Origin: Eledone cirrhosa
Taxonomy: Eukaryota
NCBI GenBank assembly: GCA_964016885.1
Contig: CAXHJY010001136.1
Span: forward strand, 7,827 to 71,826
DNA: 64,000 nucleotides
Direction of reading: 5' to 3'
Shown here: positions 11,561-24,989 of the stretch, one piece after another
How positions within the stretch are numbered: the stretch's first letter is position 1
Layout: each line of letters begins with the position of its first letter
The notes under the pieces: generated by a model
What the model was told of the DNA's origin: nothing
The model's input: the letters and a program-made list of their open reading frames with translations, nothing else
Database searches by the model: none
Position numbers and translations under genes: made by a program

Positions 11561-11828
11561 TTAGTCTACGACTTCAGTTATACCATTTACGTGGTTTTGT
11601 CTTTGCGTGCAATTGTTCTCCACGCTCCACATATGACGTATTATCTTCGTTTTTTTCGTTCATTGCCAGAGAACGTCTCTATGCACCACCTAAGAGAACA
11701 TTAGTCTACGACTTCTTTTATACCATAAACGTGGTTCTGTCTTTGCGTGTAATTGTTTTTCACCGCTCCAAATAATGACGTATTATATTCGTTTTTTCCC
11801 GTTCTTTGCCAGGGAACGTTTCCACGAA
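11561..11828. repeat. Two diverged tandem copies of a 140-bp unit
   Basis: TTAGTCTACGACTTC... at 11561 and 11701. Confidence 0.85.
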
Positions 11829-11944
11829 CCAAAGTATCGTCTTCCTGTCTTCCTCCGGTTGCAACGTTTTTTGAAATATTCACTTCTGCGTTCACAGATT
11901 GACTTTGTTAGTTTCAGAAGATCCCGTTAAACTTTAATCTGTTA

Positions 11945-12051
<107 letters not shown>

Positions 12052-12082
12052 GTATATATATATATATATATATACCGTATAT

Positions 12083-12393
12083 ATAGTATAAAAAAACGAA
12101 AAATCAGTGATGTATCTGGACTCAGTTTATTGCGTGTTACAATTGTTTTGCCGGCAGGTAGCTCGAGACATGATTACTGTATGGATCTGGCTGATGCTAC
12201 GGATGAAGGTTCCTTCGGACAGAGTGAGAAAATTTGCTCCGAACGAACTACCCGTGTCCGAAGGAACTTGCAGCGGTAGAATCAGCTAGATCCATACACT
12301 GATCATGTCTCGAGCTACCTGCCGGCGAAACAATTGTAACACGCAATAAACTGAGTCCAGATGCATCACTGATTTTTCGTTTTTTTATACTAT
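12083..12393. repeat. Fold-back with ~138-bp arms next to (TA)n
   Basis: 12083-12221 is the reverse complement of 12255-12393 with scattered mismatches. Confidence 0.9.
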
Positions 12394-12474
12394 CCACACT
12401 CTGCTCTGTATGAATATTGAGTGCTAATTTTGGCATACCGCCTATGGAAGCACCATAGCTACCATTACACACAC

Positions 12475-12537
<63 letters not shown>

Positions 12538-12539
12538 CC

Positions 12540-14270
12540 ATGCCGAATGCAGAACTTCAAGAAAGAACATTACTGCTGCAATTAAAACAAAAATAACTTA
12601 TTTCTTAGAGAGAAACTAGTATCAGTTTAAGTGAACCTAGCATGAAGTATGGTGTAGTGAACTCTACAATGTGTCCTACTTTGAACAAAACGGGTGAGCT
12701 AAAAATGGAAAGGTGGCCAACGGTATGTACAATTTCAATAGTGCTTATGCCTCAGATACAGATGAAATGGAAAATTCATTATTAATGTGGATAAAAGAAA
12801 AAAATAATTAGCTGGCGATTCAATGGGTGTATTATTTATTTGTTAAAAAGTCTATCTCTTTACGAACGTCTTGAGTGAAATGCTCTAGTTGCCATTGGCG
12901 GAAAGTTAGTGATGTTTCAAGTCAGCAAAGGTTGGTTCGAATCATTCAAAAAGCGTTCTAGTGTTCACATTGAACAAACGATCATTACGCAAGAGGAAGC
13001 CCGATTGTTTAAGCATAAGCTGATGGAGGGCAGGCTAACGTTATTTTTAATCCCACCGAGGTTAACTTTGCCTTTCATCCTTACATGGTCGATAAAATAA
13101 AGTACCAGTAATATACTGGGATAATTGCTGGCCTTGTGCCAATAGTAGAAACAGTTATTTTTCTATACTCATGCCTCAGAGAATTGTAAAATGAAGCTAC
13201 TGTTAGTGTATCATTCAGAAAACCCCTGAGCCTTCAAGAATACTACCAGGTTTGGTGTTTAGAGGGCTTCTAACTCAAGGGTTCGGATTACTAGGAACTT
13301 GTTTACTGCATGGTTCACTGATGTCTTTGCTCCTTCTGTACGTGACAATCTCAAAGAGAAGAGTCCACTAGTGAAGGCTCTTCTTGTTATGGACAATGGT
13401 TCAGAACACCCGTCTAACCCCATGGACCAAATTCCACAGGTGTTTGATTTTATCAAATTACATTTCCTACTTTCCAATACCACCCCTCTGCTACTACTCA
13501 TGAGTCAGCAAGTGTTTGCATTTTTGTAAAAAAATTATACACAAATTATCTATTTAGAATCTGCTTTGAAGCGACTTCGTCTATTGATGTGATATTAGAA
13601 GAGTTTTGGAAAAATTACTTCATTGTTCAAGTGCTTGAACTCTTGTTGAAAAACATTGCGGCCTGGTGCTATCTCTTCAACGGATTTTGAAATATCTGAT
13701 AGAGAGCCTGTAGCTGAGAACATTTTATGCTTGAGCAGTTTTATGGGTCTCGAAGCGAATGAAGAGGACACTTTATTTAGTTGAGAAGCTGGAAAGAAAA
13801 CTGTCCTTGGATCCTCGCAACAAGGGCTGAATTCTGAGGAAGAGGATCAAAATAAAAAAAAATATATATAAACTATATCAGGAGAAATGCTAAAGATTGT
13901 ATTTTACCTCTGCGTGAGCTCACAGACACTATGAGAACACATCACCCTCTCTCAGAGGAAGTTGAATCAGGTGTGAAATATTTGTCTAATACAGTGTTGC
14001 AGTTCTTTGGGAATGTCCAGAAGAATAAATAGACTATGGCAATCCACCCTGGATACTTTCTTTTAAAACATGACCCAAGAAACTTCTACTTCGGTTGTTT
14101 CTTTTTCAATATAAGAAGGTCCAGATTATTCACCAGAAGAAGAAAGTAGTTCTCCTAAGAAATTTATAAGAGGTGACTACTCTTCTTGTTCTAAAGAATT
14201 CCTCATTACACTGCCGTCCATCACTTTGGATCATCAGCCTTTCAAACACAAGCAACAAATTGAGTAATTT
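12540..14270 (+). pseudogene. Decayed Tigger/pogo-like DDE transposase
   Basis: KGWFESFKKRS, HSENP*AFK and FTAWFTDVFAPSV..KALLVMDN..HP..FLLSNTTPLL. Interrupted by a SINE fragment at ~13048-13158. Confidence 0.8.
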
Positions 14271-14666
14271 TTCAATTGTTGATTGTTAAAAACATCTTTA
14301 AATTTTTAATTTGCTTATTTCATATATCAATCTTTATAATTAAGTATGTGTTTAATTAAATGATTAATTAACTTGTGTTTTGTTTTGTTTTTTATTTTAG
14401 AGATCTTAAAAATGATATTTATAATGTCATAATATCAGTTTATTTTGTAAATATTTATTATAATATTCATTATCTTTTATATCTTCGAAAGAGAGATTTT
14501 TAAAATAATCTGCGGATTTTTGTATTTATTAAATTTTTTTTTCCGAATATCTATTCTTGCAATTTATTATCTTATTGTACTAATATTGCACCGAGTTGTT
14601 TTATTGACAATTTGTGTTTACTGATTTTTAAAGGGTTAGTTTGCATAGGATCCACTGTATACATAT

Positions 14667-14710
<44 letters not shown>

Positions 14711-15006
14711 AGGGGATATAACTTGGAGTTACTGCAGGTTCACCCGGGAGAGCACTCGATGTTTAGGTTCACTTCTGTGATGAGGTGTAGAGCTATACAG
14801 AGTGTAATATATTGAAAGGATAACAAGGATTTTCTTATAGCATTTTAAAGGGTCCGTTGAGCTGCCGATCATTGAGTCGGGTAGGATCGATACAGATCGA
14901 ACCTTGATCAATACAGATCGATACAGATCGAACCTTGAGTGGCGAAACGCGCGTCACCTACCAATAAATGTAATGAAGGAGTAACCAATCGTCCTTGTTA
15001 TCTTTT

Positions 15007-15110
<104 letters not shown>

Positions 15111-15547
15111 TTATTAAAATAACAGATTCAAGTTTAAGCAAAGAATCGCTGCTTTCACCCTTAACGGGAGTCTTCAAATTTGTTATTATTACTATATATA
15201 TATATATATATATATATACAGAGGCCAACTGGCCAGGTTGCCAGGTTGCCCAATGGCAAGTAGCCACCAGGGGGCCCACGGTAGCATTGCAGGAGCCCTA
15301 AGTAGCATTGCAGGGCCCACTGTAGTATTTTAGGGGACAATGCTTTGCTTTCAAAAAATACCTGAAGTCTAAGAGAAAGAATAAAATATTTAAAAAAATA
15401 AATAAAACAATTAAGCAAAGCATTTGGCCAGCCAATTCCCCAGGGAATGAATAGAAACCAAAATATATGATAGTGCAAATAGCTGGTATGTATCAGTGGT
15501 TATACATTCTACTAAATCTAAAGCTTAGTACATTCATTCATGCATGT

Positions 15548-15655
<108 letters not shown>

Positions 15656-15666
15656 GCATATATTTA

Positions 15667-16400
15667 TGTGGTTGATTTATACTGATTGGGAGTAGAAATA
15701 CTGTATATATTGTGTCTAATGATTCTTTGGACTTACCTTTATATATATTGCTCTGATTATTAGTTATTTAATTAATTCTTCATTGAGCCACACCGTGAAT
15801 GGTTGCCAAAAACATATATATGTATGTACCCTTTAAATTTTATATACCCCCGTAAGGTTGAGTAAAACTTTAGACAGTATTCGGCTGCGCTTTCTAGCAA
15901 CCAGCCTACTCGCCGACAGGCACCAATCACAAACTTTCTGCCTTCACCACTGGCCACATGATGATTCTTAGCCATTTTGAATTCGTTTCTGGCGGGGATC
16001 ATGGTAGAAAAATCTTTGTCCAATTGAGTTATCTCCTGATGAGTTCCAAACCTCGTTGATTTATCTAAGACCGGATATATCCAAAAAGTGAACGAAACCG
16101 CCGGGTGGTAGAGATTATGAAGATTTTGGTAAAGTTTATGTGCATTTTTTCTTCTAACTTTGATTTTGTACCTAATTATGTGTAGTTAACTATATGTCTA
16201 GTCAATTATAATAGAAATATTAAGTAAATTTTTTGTAGCTATACATCGCGGATAAAAAGCTATATCATTTGTCTATTATTTCTTCATAAGTACATTTTAA
16301 ACTTATAGCCTCGTTTAAATGATTTTTTTTTTGTGTGGTTGATTTATACTGATTAGGAGAAATACTGTATATATTTTATCTAATAATTCTTTGAACTTAC

Positions 16401-16404
<4 letters not shown>
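15667..16404 (+). mobile_element. Non-coding hammerhead-bearing element, 667-bp unit with ~75-bp terminal redundancy
   Basis: 15667-15740 is repeated at 16334-16404. Flanked by (CA)n and (TA)n. Confidence 0.7.
16031..16115 (+). ncRNA. Type I hammerhead ribozyme
   Basis: ATCTC-CTGATGA-GTTC(long loop)GAAC-GAA-ACCGCCGGGTGGT-A|GAGAT. All three stems pair. Confidence 0.85.
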
Positions 16405-16441
<37 letters not shown>

Positions 16442-16718
16442 TACATATACATACATATACATATATGTATAAAAATACACACACATACATATATATAAAC
16501 ATATATATAAATCTATATATGCACATGTACATGCACACGTTGATGTCTTCCAAAAGTAACGGTTGCATTTTGAAAGGGTACGTCAATGTTTATTTATAAA
16601 ACTGGTATATATTGTATTTTGTCTGATGAAGGCATACCATAACTTAACATGGTATCCTTGAAATATGTATAATGAAATAAATATGGTTTTATAAATATAG
16701 TTTCCATTTGTTAATATC

Positions 16719-16782
<64 letters not shown>

Positions 16783-16891
16783 GAATAAATGTACAAAGAA
16801 CAAAAAACAAAGAGGCAGTACAAATGGTATGTTTTTAGTTTCACGCTTGAGTGAATGTAAAAAACCAAAGGACATTATACTGAAACAGTAT

Positions 16892-17085
16892 AGGCGGTGG
16901 ATTGGCAGTATCGGTAGAGGGTCGGACGCCATGCTTTGCAGCAAAGAGCTACGGTCCTTTATGGTCTGAGTTCAAATCCCGCCGAGGTTAACTTTGCCTT
17001 TCATCCTTATGGGGTCGATAAAATAAAGTACCAGTAATACATTGGGATAATTGCTGGCCTTGTGCCAAAAGTAGAAACAATTATT
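16892..17085 (+). mobile_element. tRNA-derived SINE, full length
   Basis: A/B boxes, Deu/Nin-type core and AATTATT tail. Confidence 0.9.
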
Positions 17086-17231
17086 GAAAGTCTCTGGATT
17101 TCGCAAAATACATACTATTTTTTATTGGAGAAGGTAAGGTATTTTCCCGCAAAAATTTGATTGCACTGTTTTGTTTCCACTTATGTATTTTTTGAAAATG
17201 TTATTTATTCACTAAAAAAATTAAATGATAG

Positions 17232-17298
17232 CATTCTATATGTAGTTGGGCCCCCTTCATCTCCTGGCAACCAATATTTTTAGACGCAGTCTGCCACT

Positions 17299-17364
<66 letters not shown>

Positions 17365-18000
17365 CGCCAATCATTGTAACTTTGAATCTAACTGACATGC
17401 AAAAACATATATATATGAATAACGTAAACCCAAATCATAGTAGATTCAAATATCATAGAGAGAAAGAGAGACAGGGGGAAATGAGGTGCAATAGAAATGA
17501 AACATGAATTACAGGTCATAATATAGTCTAGATAGATGTGAAACAAAACGAGTATGTAGTTTATGGAACACCCAAATGATTTAGAAGTCGACCTTAAGTA
17601 GGAACAATAACATTATGAAAGACATGAACGACCCCACATAATTTTGTTTTGAAAATTTTGAAAGTAGGTTTATAAGTATGAATTTTCATAAGATTTTCGT
17701 AGCTGTCTCAATGGCCTAACTGAAGGTACAAGAGACGGTGGAGATCCTGGCTTTGGTTTCAATCCTGGTCAAGAGTACGAGTAATATTTTGCAGTTTTTA
17801 TTTTACATCCCATAGAAAAAAACTGAAAAGGTTTGCCGGGAACCATACTCCCGACCATGATCTAGCTTCAGATCAGGATCACCACCGTCTATGATTCCTC
17901 TAACTAGGCCGCTGAGACAACTACAAAAGTATACCATTCTATATGTAGGTGGCCCCCATTCATCTCCTGGCAACCAATATTTTTAGACGCAGTCCGCCAC

Positions 18001-18002
<2 letters not shown>
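17232..18002. mobile_element. Two direct copies of a ~67-bp DNA-transposon-like end (17232-17299, 17935-18002)
   Basis: Both end ...TAGACGCAGTC(T/C)GCCACTG (reverse complement CAGTGGC(A/G)GA) next to (TA)n. Confidence 0.5.
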
Positions 18003-18057
<55 letters not shown>

Positions 18058-18243
18058 TCTTACTAGTCTTATATATATATAAGACTAGTAAGACCATTGT
18101 CCAGCTTGGTACTCGATATTTAAGAAAGTATAGTGTAGATATTATATTTTGTTCTGCTATATGGCTGAGCTCTTACCATTTCGACAGTAAGCGGGTAACT
18201 CATTTGCTGTCGAAATGTAGGGGAGAAAATTATTATTATAATG

Positions 18244-18278
<35 letters not shown>

Positions 18279-18291
18279 ATGAATATATAAT

Positions 18292-18478
18292 TGTTTCTAC
18301 TTTTGGCACAAGGCCAGCAATTATTTCAGTGCATTACTGGTACTTTATTTTATCGACCCCGTAAGGATGAAAGGCAAAGTTAACCTCGGCGGGATTTGAA
18401 CTCAGATCATAAAGGGAGGTAACTCTATGCTTCAAAGCATGGCGTCCGACCCTTACCGATACTGCCAATCCACCGCCC
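18292..18478 (-). mobile_element. tRNA-derived SINE with 18-bp TSD
   Basis: TSD TGTGTATGAATATATAAT at 18274-18291 and 18479-18496. Confidence 0.9.
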
Positions 18479-18499
18479 TGTGTATGAATATATAATGCA

Positions 18500-20040
18500 C
18501 CCAAATGCCATGAAAGAAACTTGTATACAAATGTTATAACGAATCATTGTAACAAAACATATATTTTGTATTCACAGGCCTCACTGCCTGTGAATACAAA
18601 ACTAGATTCTACCAACAACAACATACTTTCATAACCCAGTTCGGAAAACGTTATGACACTTGCGCGAAAAAATAAACCTTTCAAATTGCAATGGTATACG
18701 CCACCCGTGTAAACTTTGTTCTGAAGAAACCATGAGTACATTGCTTACCAATTAAGCCCTCTTAAACACAAAATAAAAATAAATCACCATAATGTATGGT
18801 CACAGGATATACAAAATATACCTCATCCACAAACCGGTACACGACACCGGATGGTGAGATACTTTGTTACTATTATGCACATACATACACTCACCTAAAA
18901 CCTATAACCAACGAATGGCATCTAAGTGAAAACCACTGCAATACCACTACACAGAAGAAAAAGTGCATACATCCCCACATACGACGAACCCCAATTATTC
19001 GATTAATAGAACTGCCTGCCGTTGAATTTAACGTGTAGGAAGCTGAGTATTCCACTGACATGTGTACTCATAACTTCTTTCTCAGAGTTATTCAGCGTGG
19101 CACCACGTGTGATATGGTTGGCCCTTTGAATTAGAAATACAGTTCATCCGAGAGGCTTCCAAATAGCCACCGTCTACCCAAGGCACATACATACATAACA
19201 ATACACTAATACATCAACCACTATACCAAAGTCATTTCTGTAAACTAACGCATGCATAATTATAAATATACTGGTACCACATAACTGGACACCAGTATTT
19301 ACACCTTCATATCCATTATATAATTAACGAAATAACACACGACCAAATGCATACATCATACACCCACACAGAAGATCTTCCTTATGTCATAAATAATATA
19401 CCAAACTCAGAGAACTACCCAATTTCACAACACAACACCCACAAAAACATACACCTACAAATCTTTTTTCTTCTGTACCAACATTAATTAAAAGACATTG
19501 ACAATCTGCTAAACCCACCAAATACGTACAACAAATACAAACATGGACACTAGGTGAAGACACAACTTCAATAGCATGCCGACATCACAGCACCACAGAC
19601 TCATAAAATACAACCAGACAAAAAGAAACTAAGAACAAAAAAATCAAAATTTTACAGCTTCCATAAAAATAACTTTATCACTTTATCACGCCAATTATAT
19701 CACTTCCTTACCTTTACATTTATTAACTCCTTACACTTTCCAATCCAATTTTATTCTTATTCTGGTTTGTGTTTTTATTTTACTTTTATTGTTGTTTCCT
19801 CTTCCACTTTGCTAATATACCTTTTAATCAATATATAACTCTGCCCCCCAATGAGACGAACTTGGCCGAAGTTAACACGAACCATTTGGTTAATTTCCTA
19901 TTTTGCCATCGAAACGATTTAAGCAAGCTTATTTGTCGAGCATTCTATCTAATAATAATATCTACATTGTATTTCCTTTACAATGAGGTACTAAGTTCAA
20001 TATACATCTTACTAGTCACAACTAGCAACATTTCATCCAT
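18500..20040 (+). mobile_element. Old Penelope-like element 3' end (GIY-YIG remnant plus non-coding tail)
   Basis: FVFTGLTACEYKTRFYQQQHTF resembles the YIGLT..FK.R...H..F motif. A very degenerate hammerhead-like motif lies near 19845-19890. Confidence 0.4.
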
Positions 20041-20045
20041 ATATA

Positions 20046-20175
<130 letters not shown>

Positions 20176-20271
20176 TGTGTGTGTGTGTAAAATTCAAACA
20201 GAACAACAAAGCAACGACACAGTATAATGAAGAAATATATTAATTTAACGCTTGAAATAATAGAAAAAGAG

Positions 20272-20309
20272 TTTTAACGTTTCGGACACACTTGTCCTTC
20301 ATCAGAAGA
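20272..20309 (-). ncRNA. Minimal hammerhead ribozyme motif
   Basis: TCTT-CTGATGA-A-GGAC-AAGTGT-GTCC-GAAACGTT|AAAA with palindromic AACGTT, in a ~145-bp insert between (GT)n and (AT)n. Confidence 0.7.
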
Positions 20310-20440
20310 TAGAATGAGAAATAAAAGATGAAACACATATATATATATATACAATATATACATATATATATGTGTGTCCCGGATTCAATCGGGGGCAACC
20401 ACAGTTAGTATGGTACTCAATACATTAGGAGAGTGTAAAC

Positions 20441-20488
20441 TTTCCTGATGATTTCTTTTGAATGAAACAGTTCTAGTCCTGTAGAAGC
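20441..20488 (+). ncRNA. Type I hammerhead ribozyme
   Basis: TTTC-CTGATGA-T-TTC-TTTT-GAA-T-GAA-ACAG(TTCTAGTC)CTGT-A|GAAG. Confidence 0.75.
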
Positions 20489-20509
20489 CATTTCTATATT
20501 AAACTTTAT

Positions 20510-20544
<35 letters not shown>

Positions 20545-21089
20545 ATACTAAAACGAAGTCATCGGATAGGACCTAAAAACCTTCGATCGGTTTCCCAATC
20601 CCTCAATGCTTTAATTAAGCCAATATCATTTAGATACTAACGTAAAGGAAGCAGGGTGCACACATTAAACGTTAAATGGTGGGAAAAACGATTTCGGGAA
20701 TTCGATTATATACTAGACCACCTGTGACTCGTTAGGTCAAGTTCACTTCAAAATATTTTTTTTAAATCATGTTCACTTAAAAATAAAAGGCCCATATATA
20801 TACGTGTGTGTATGTATATATACATATAAATGAGTGTCTGTGATCTATATGCACTGGTCATAGACACATACACACATATACACACATATATATACACAAA
20901 CACAAACACACATACATATATATATATATATACACACACACCCACATATATATATATATATATATACACAACAACACCACCAGCTCTCTTCCATTCTCCT
21001 TCTCTGTCTCCTCTCCCTCTCTCTATGTCTCTCTTTCAATCTATTCTGTCGCAACCACCATCTCTTCCTCTCTATCTTTCTCTCTCTTT

Positions 21090-21300
21090 GTTTATGAAGG
21101 TACCCGGAAAAACCCCCATATCTCGGGAACCCGTGGTCCGATTTACGCGAAACTTGTTTTATTCCATTTGTATTCCCATTTCAGGGTCAACTTCCTTTCA
21201 CAGTATTTTCCCATTATGCACCTTTTGGCTGTATTATATTACAGACAAGCAAGCAAGCAAACAATCACAAAGTTTTAGTAATATATATATATATATATAT
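21090..21300 (-). mobile_element. 5' portion of a Helitron-like MITE
   Basis: Minus strand starts ATATATTACTAAAACT..(TTGC)n..., the same layout as the 5' ends at 24990 and 42430. Confidence 0.4.
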
Positions 21301-21510
21301 ATAAGCTGTTCCCTCTTTCTCTCCCGACCTTGTTTGTGCCTGCAATAGTTCGACTGATCTTCTATTTCATTAATCTCCAATATCTACCTGCTTCACCTAC
21401 ACATCTACTACACATCAACTGACCTGATCTTGCAACTCACTTTAATAATTCAGTAAATCCTTTCACTGCACTCATTCATTTCCACTATGACGTCAATAGT
21501 AATATTACAA

Positions 21511-21826
21511 CTAATTGTTGCCCACGCACAACATACGTTGATTTCGGGTGGGGGCGGTCCCAGATTTTATTATTTGTTGAGGATTATTATTTTTATCTCC
21601 GAAGCCATCATGTGGCAATAGTGGGAAAAGAAGTCATGAAAGAATTACATTAGATGTTAAGCTTAGTGTTGTCCATAACTCTAATACTGTGTGTGGGGTC
21701 TCAGCCACATTTCCAAAAACATTAAATTTGCAACATCTACAATAGGAACAATAGGTGGCAATATATACAGTAAGAACAGTAGGTAATAATAGAGACAATA
21801 GGAATAATAGGTGACACTAAATATAG
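21511..21826 (-). mobile_element. Short Helitron-like MITE, copy 1
   Basis: Highly similar reverse complement of 24662-24975. The 3' end reads ...GCGTGGGCAACAATTAG|T. Confidence 0.6.
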
Positions 21827-21879
21827 GCGTCAACTGGCAACGAAACTACTTCCTTAGCTACACAAATATAATTATTCTA

Positions 21880-23310
21880 TAGGTCTGATGTGATGCTTAA
21901 AATGGAATGGCTCTTGAGTATGTATATTGACATTAGATTGGTTGTACTGTGCGTTAAACATGATGGTCTATTAAGCGAAGGCTAAAAGTTTGTATGGCGA
22001 TTTGTAGGAAAATGAAGGAGAAACTAATTTATAAGCTTTTTCTAGATAGTAAAAGTTTGAAAGGTTTGAGAAATGCTTTAATTTGTACAACATTAAAATA
22101 ACCAGTAAAGCTGCTACAGCTTTACAGATGCTGTTTATAATATTCCCGAAGAATTAAAGAAAATGATTACGGAAGGAGGCTGCACAACAGAGCAAACATA
22201 TAATATTGGATTTTCTGGAAGTGTATGCCTGCTAGAATTTATTTCTAGTGAAGCAAGATCAACATCAATTTTAAATGTTGCCAAAAATTGCCTGACACTT
22301 CTTCTGAGAAGGAATGCCGTTGGTGATATGAAATTATAATCTCTAGTCGTGTGACATTCCAAAAATCTAAGGGCTTTTAAGGATTACACTAAGTTTTATC
22401 TAACTGTGATTTGACATAGAATGATAAAGAGCCTCTTCGAAGACTGGTTTCAAAAAGGTACAATGCCAAGTATAATATTTTAAACAAAGTATTGTTCCTT
22501 TCAAACAATGCACCTAACCACTTGATATGCTTTTTGTTAATATGAGAGTAGAATATATCCCCAACAATACAAAACCTTTGCTCCACCCTATCGAACGGCC
22601 GTGGATTGACAGTATCAGACACCATGCTTTGCAGCATTGAGTTATGGCTCTTTGCGTTCTGAGTTCAAATCCCGCCGAGGTTAACTTCGCCTTTCATCCT
22701 TACGGGGTTGATAAAATAAAGCACCAGTAATGCACTGGGGTAATTGCTGGCCTTGTGTCAAAAGTAGAAACAATTATTTGAAAAGAACTTTGAACCAACT
22801 CATAAAAGCAATTGATGGGAAGAATAAACCTACAATTAGAGATTTCTGGGAAAAGTTCAACAGTGTGGATGTTGTGGATATCATGGGATGAAATGAAGCC
22901 CCCAGCTACGAATGGTATTTTGAAAAATATGACGAAACTCCATCCATGACTTTACAAGTTTTCCATAACAAAAAGTCTATATCAAATTCGAAAAGATATT
23001 GTGGGGTTTGAAGGAGTCGTAGAAAAGATGTTAGAGAAGGTTTTTCTAATAAGAAGCTGATACTGTTAAGAAAAGAACGAGCTGCAGGGCAACAAGACGA
23101 TATAGAAGATTCACTTACTCCACTTATTTTTTACTGCAAATATTATTTCTAAAGGGTTAACAACTGTTTATTTATTTTTTTGTTTTTACTAATAATGATC
23201 CTAATCCTGAACGTTACATAAACATTACAAGAGGAAATTACAACGAGTTCATTTCCTACACTGAGCTGTATAAAGAGGTGATGCACTATAAACGTCAAGT
23301 AATTTTAGGT
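21880..23310 (+). pseudogene. Second decayed Tigger-like transposase
   Basis: PEELKKMITEGGCTTEQTYN, SKNLRAFK and KPTIRDFWEKFN. A SINE is inserted at ~22597-22778. Confidence 0.7.
22597..22778 (+). mobile_element. tRNA-derived SINE nested in the Tigger relic
   Basis: Same B box, core and tail. Confidence 0.85.
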
Positions 23311-24179
23311 AAGTCCTTCACCCCTCAAGCAGATGATGATGATGATAAACTTGCATTATTTTCCCTCACACTACAGTCAATATCATGTGTAGTGGGAATG
23401 TATCCTAATATGATATTACAATTCTTTATTCCCAAGTGTATTTCTCTTCAAATGATGTTTTGGTATACATACTATATTGTGTGTGTTTAAACGTTATTTT
23501 CTCTTTTCATACACTAGGGTTTTTTTCACACGCTGACGCGAATGTGTATATGTGTGTACGTGTGTGTATGTTCATATGCATATGTATGTTCATATGTATG
23601 AGTATATAAATATAAACGTGCAAACACAGACACACTTACAAAAATACACACTCATACATTCACACTAACACACAAACACACATACATTCACACAAACACA
23701 TACACGCATAACAAATGGGACGCCAGCCGCTATTTTGCTATAGTTTTTTCACCACCCGTTCCTTCCTTTTACACACACATACATTCACGCAGGCAGCAGA
23801 CGTAAAAAGAGGGGAGTAGTATGAGGTAGTCAAACTACTCTTATCTCTTTACGTGTTGTGATAGAATCGCAGAAATTTATCTCCTTATAATATATAACCA
23901 GCAATTTCTCTGTCTGTCCGACAGTGGAAACACGTGCGCGCGTGCGAATGTTTTTTGCGCACGCATAGAGAGAGAGTGAGAGTGAAAGAAAGAGACAGAC
24001 TACGAGAGGGGGATAGCGGGAGGGAGAGAGGGAGAGAGAGAGAGAGTGAATAGACGCTAAAACACGTGCGCGCGTGCGAATGTTTTTTGTGCACGCGTAG
24101 AGAGAGAGTGAGAGTGAAAGAAAGAGACAGACTACAAGAGGAGGATAGCGGGAGGGAAAGAGGGGGAATTGAGGAGTGC

Positions 24180-24260
24180 TACAGAAACATATATACATTT
24201 CTGTGTGTGTGTAATATATATATATACACACACAGAAATATATATACATTTCTGTGTGTG

Positions 24261-24303
<43 letters not shown>

Positions 24304-24660
24304 GAAATATATATACATTTCTGTGTGTGTAATATATATATATATACACACAGAAATATATATACATTTCTGTGTGTGTAATATATATATATATATATAT
24401 ACACACACAGAAATATATATACATTTCTGTGTGTGTAATATATATATATATATACACACACAGAAATGTATATATATACACACAGAAATATATATACATT
24501 TCTGTGTGTGTAATATATATATATATATACACACAGAAATAAATATACATTTCTGTGTGTGTAATATATATATATATATATACACACAGAAATATATATA
24601 CATTTATGTGTGTGTAATATATATATATATATATACACACAGAAATATATATACATATAT
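24180..24660. repeat. Palindromic minisatellite (~9 units, mostly 50-65 bp)
   Basis: Unit CACACAGAAATATATATACATTTCTGTGTGTGTA(AT)n. Confidence 0.9.
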
Positions 24661-24661
24661 A

Positions 24662-24989
24662 TATATATTTAGTGTCACCTATTATTCCTATTGTCTCTAT
24701 TATCACCTACTGTTCTTACTGTATATATTGCCACCTATTGTTCCTATTGTAGATGTTGCAAATTTAATGTTTTTTGGAAATGTGGCTGTGACCCCACACA
24801 CAGTATTAGAGTTATGGAAAACACTAAGCTTAACATCTAATGTAATTCTTTCATGACTTCTTTTCCCACTATTGCCACATGATGGCTTCGGAGATAAAAA
24901 TAAGAATCCTCAACAAATAATAACAACTTGGGACCCCCCCCCCCCCCCCCGAAATCAACGTATGTTGTGCGTGAGCGGTTTTCTGCTAG
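24662..24989 (+). mobile_element. Short Helitron-like MITE, copy 2
   Basis: Ends CAACGTATGTTGTGCGTGAGCGGTTTTCTGCTAG (hairpin plus CTAG). Confidence 0.65.

Noticed and set aside
16892-16990. tRNA gene
   Set aside because: A/B boxes are present but no cloverleaf is evident. It is the head of a dispersed SINE with TSDs in other copies.
24180-24660. CRISPR-like array of palindromic repeats
   Set aside because: Spacers are only (TA)n, the context is eukaryotic and there are no cas genes.
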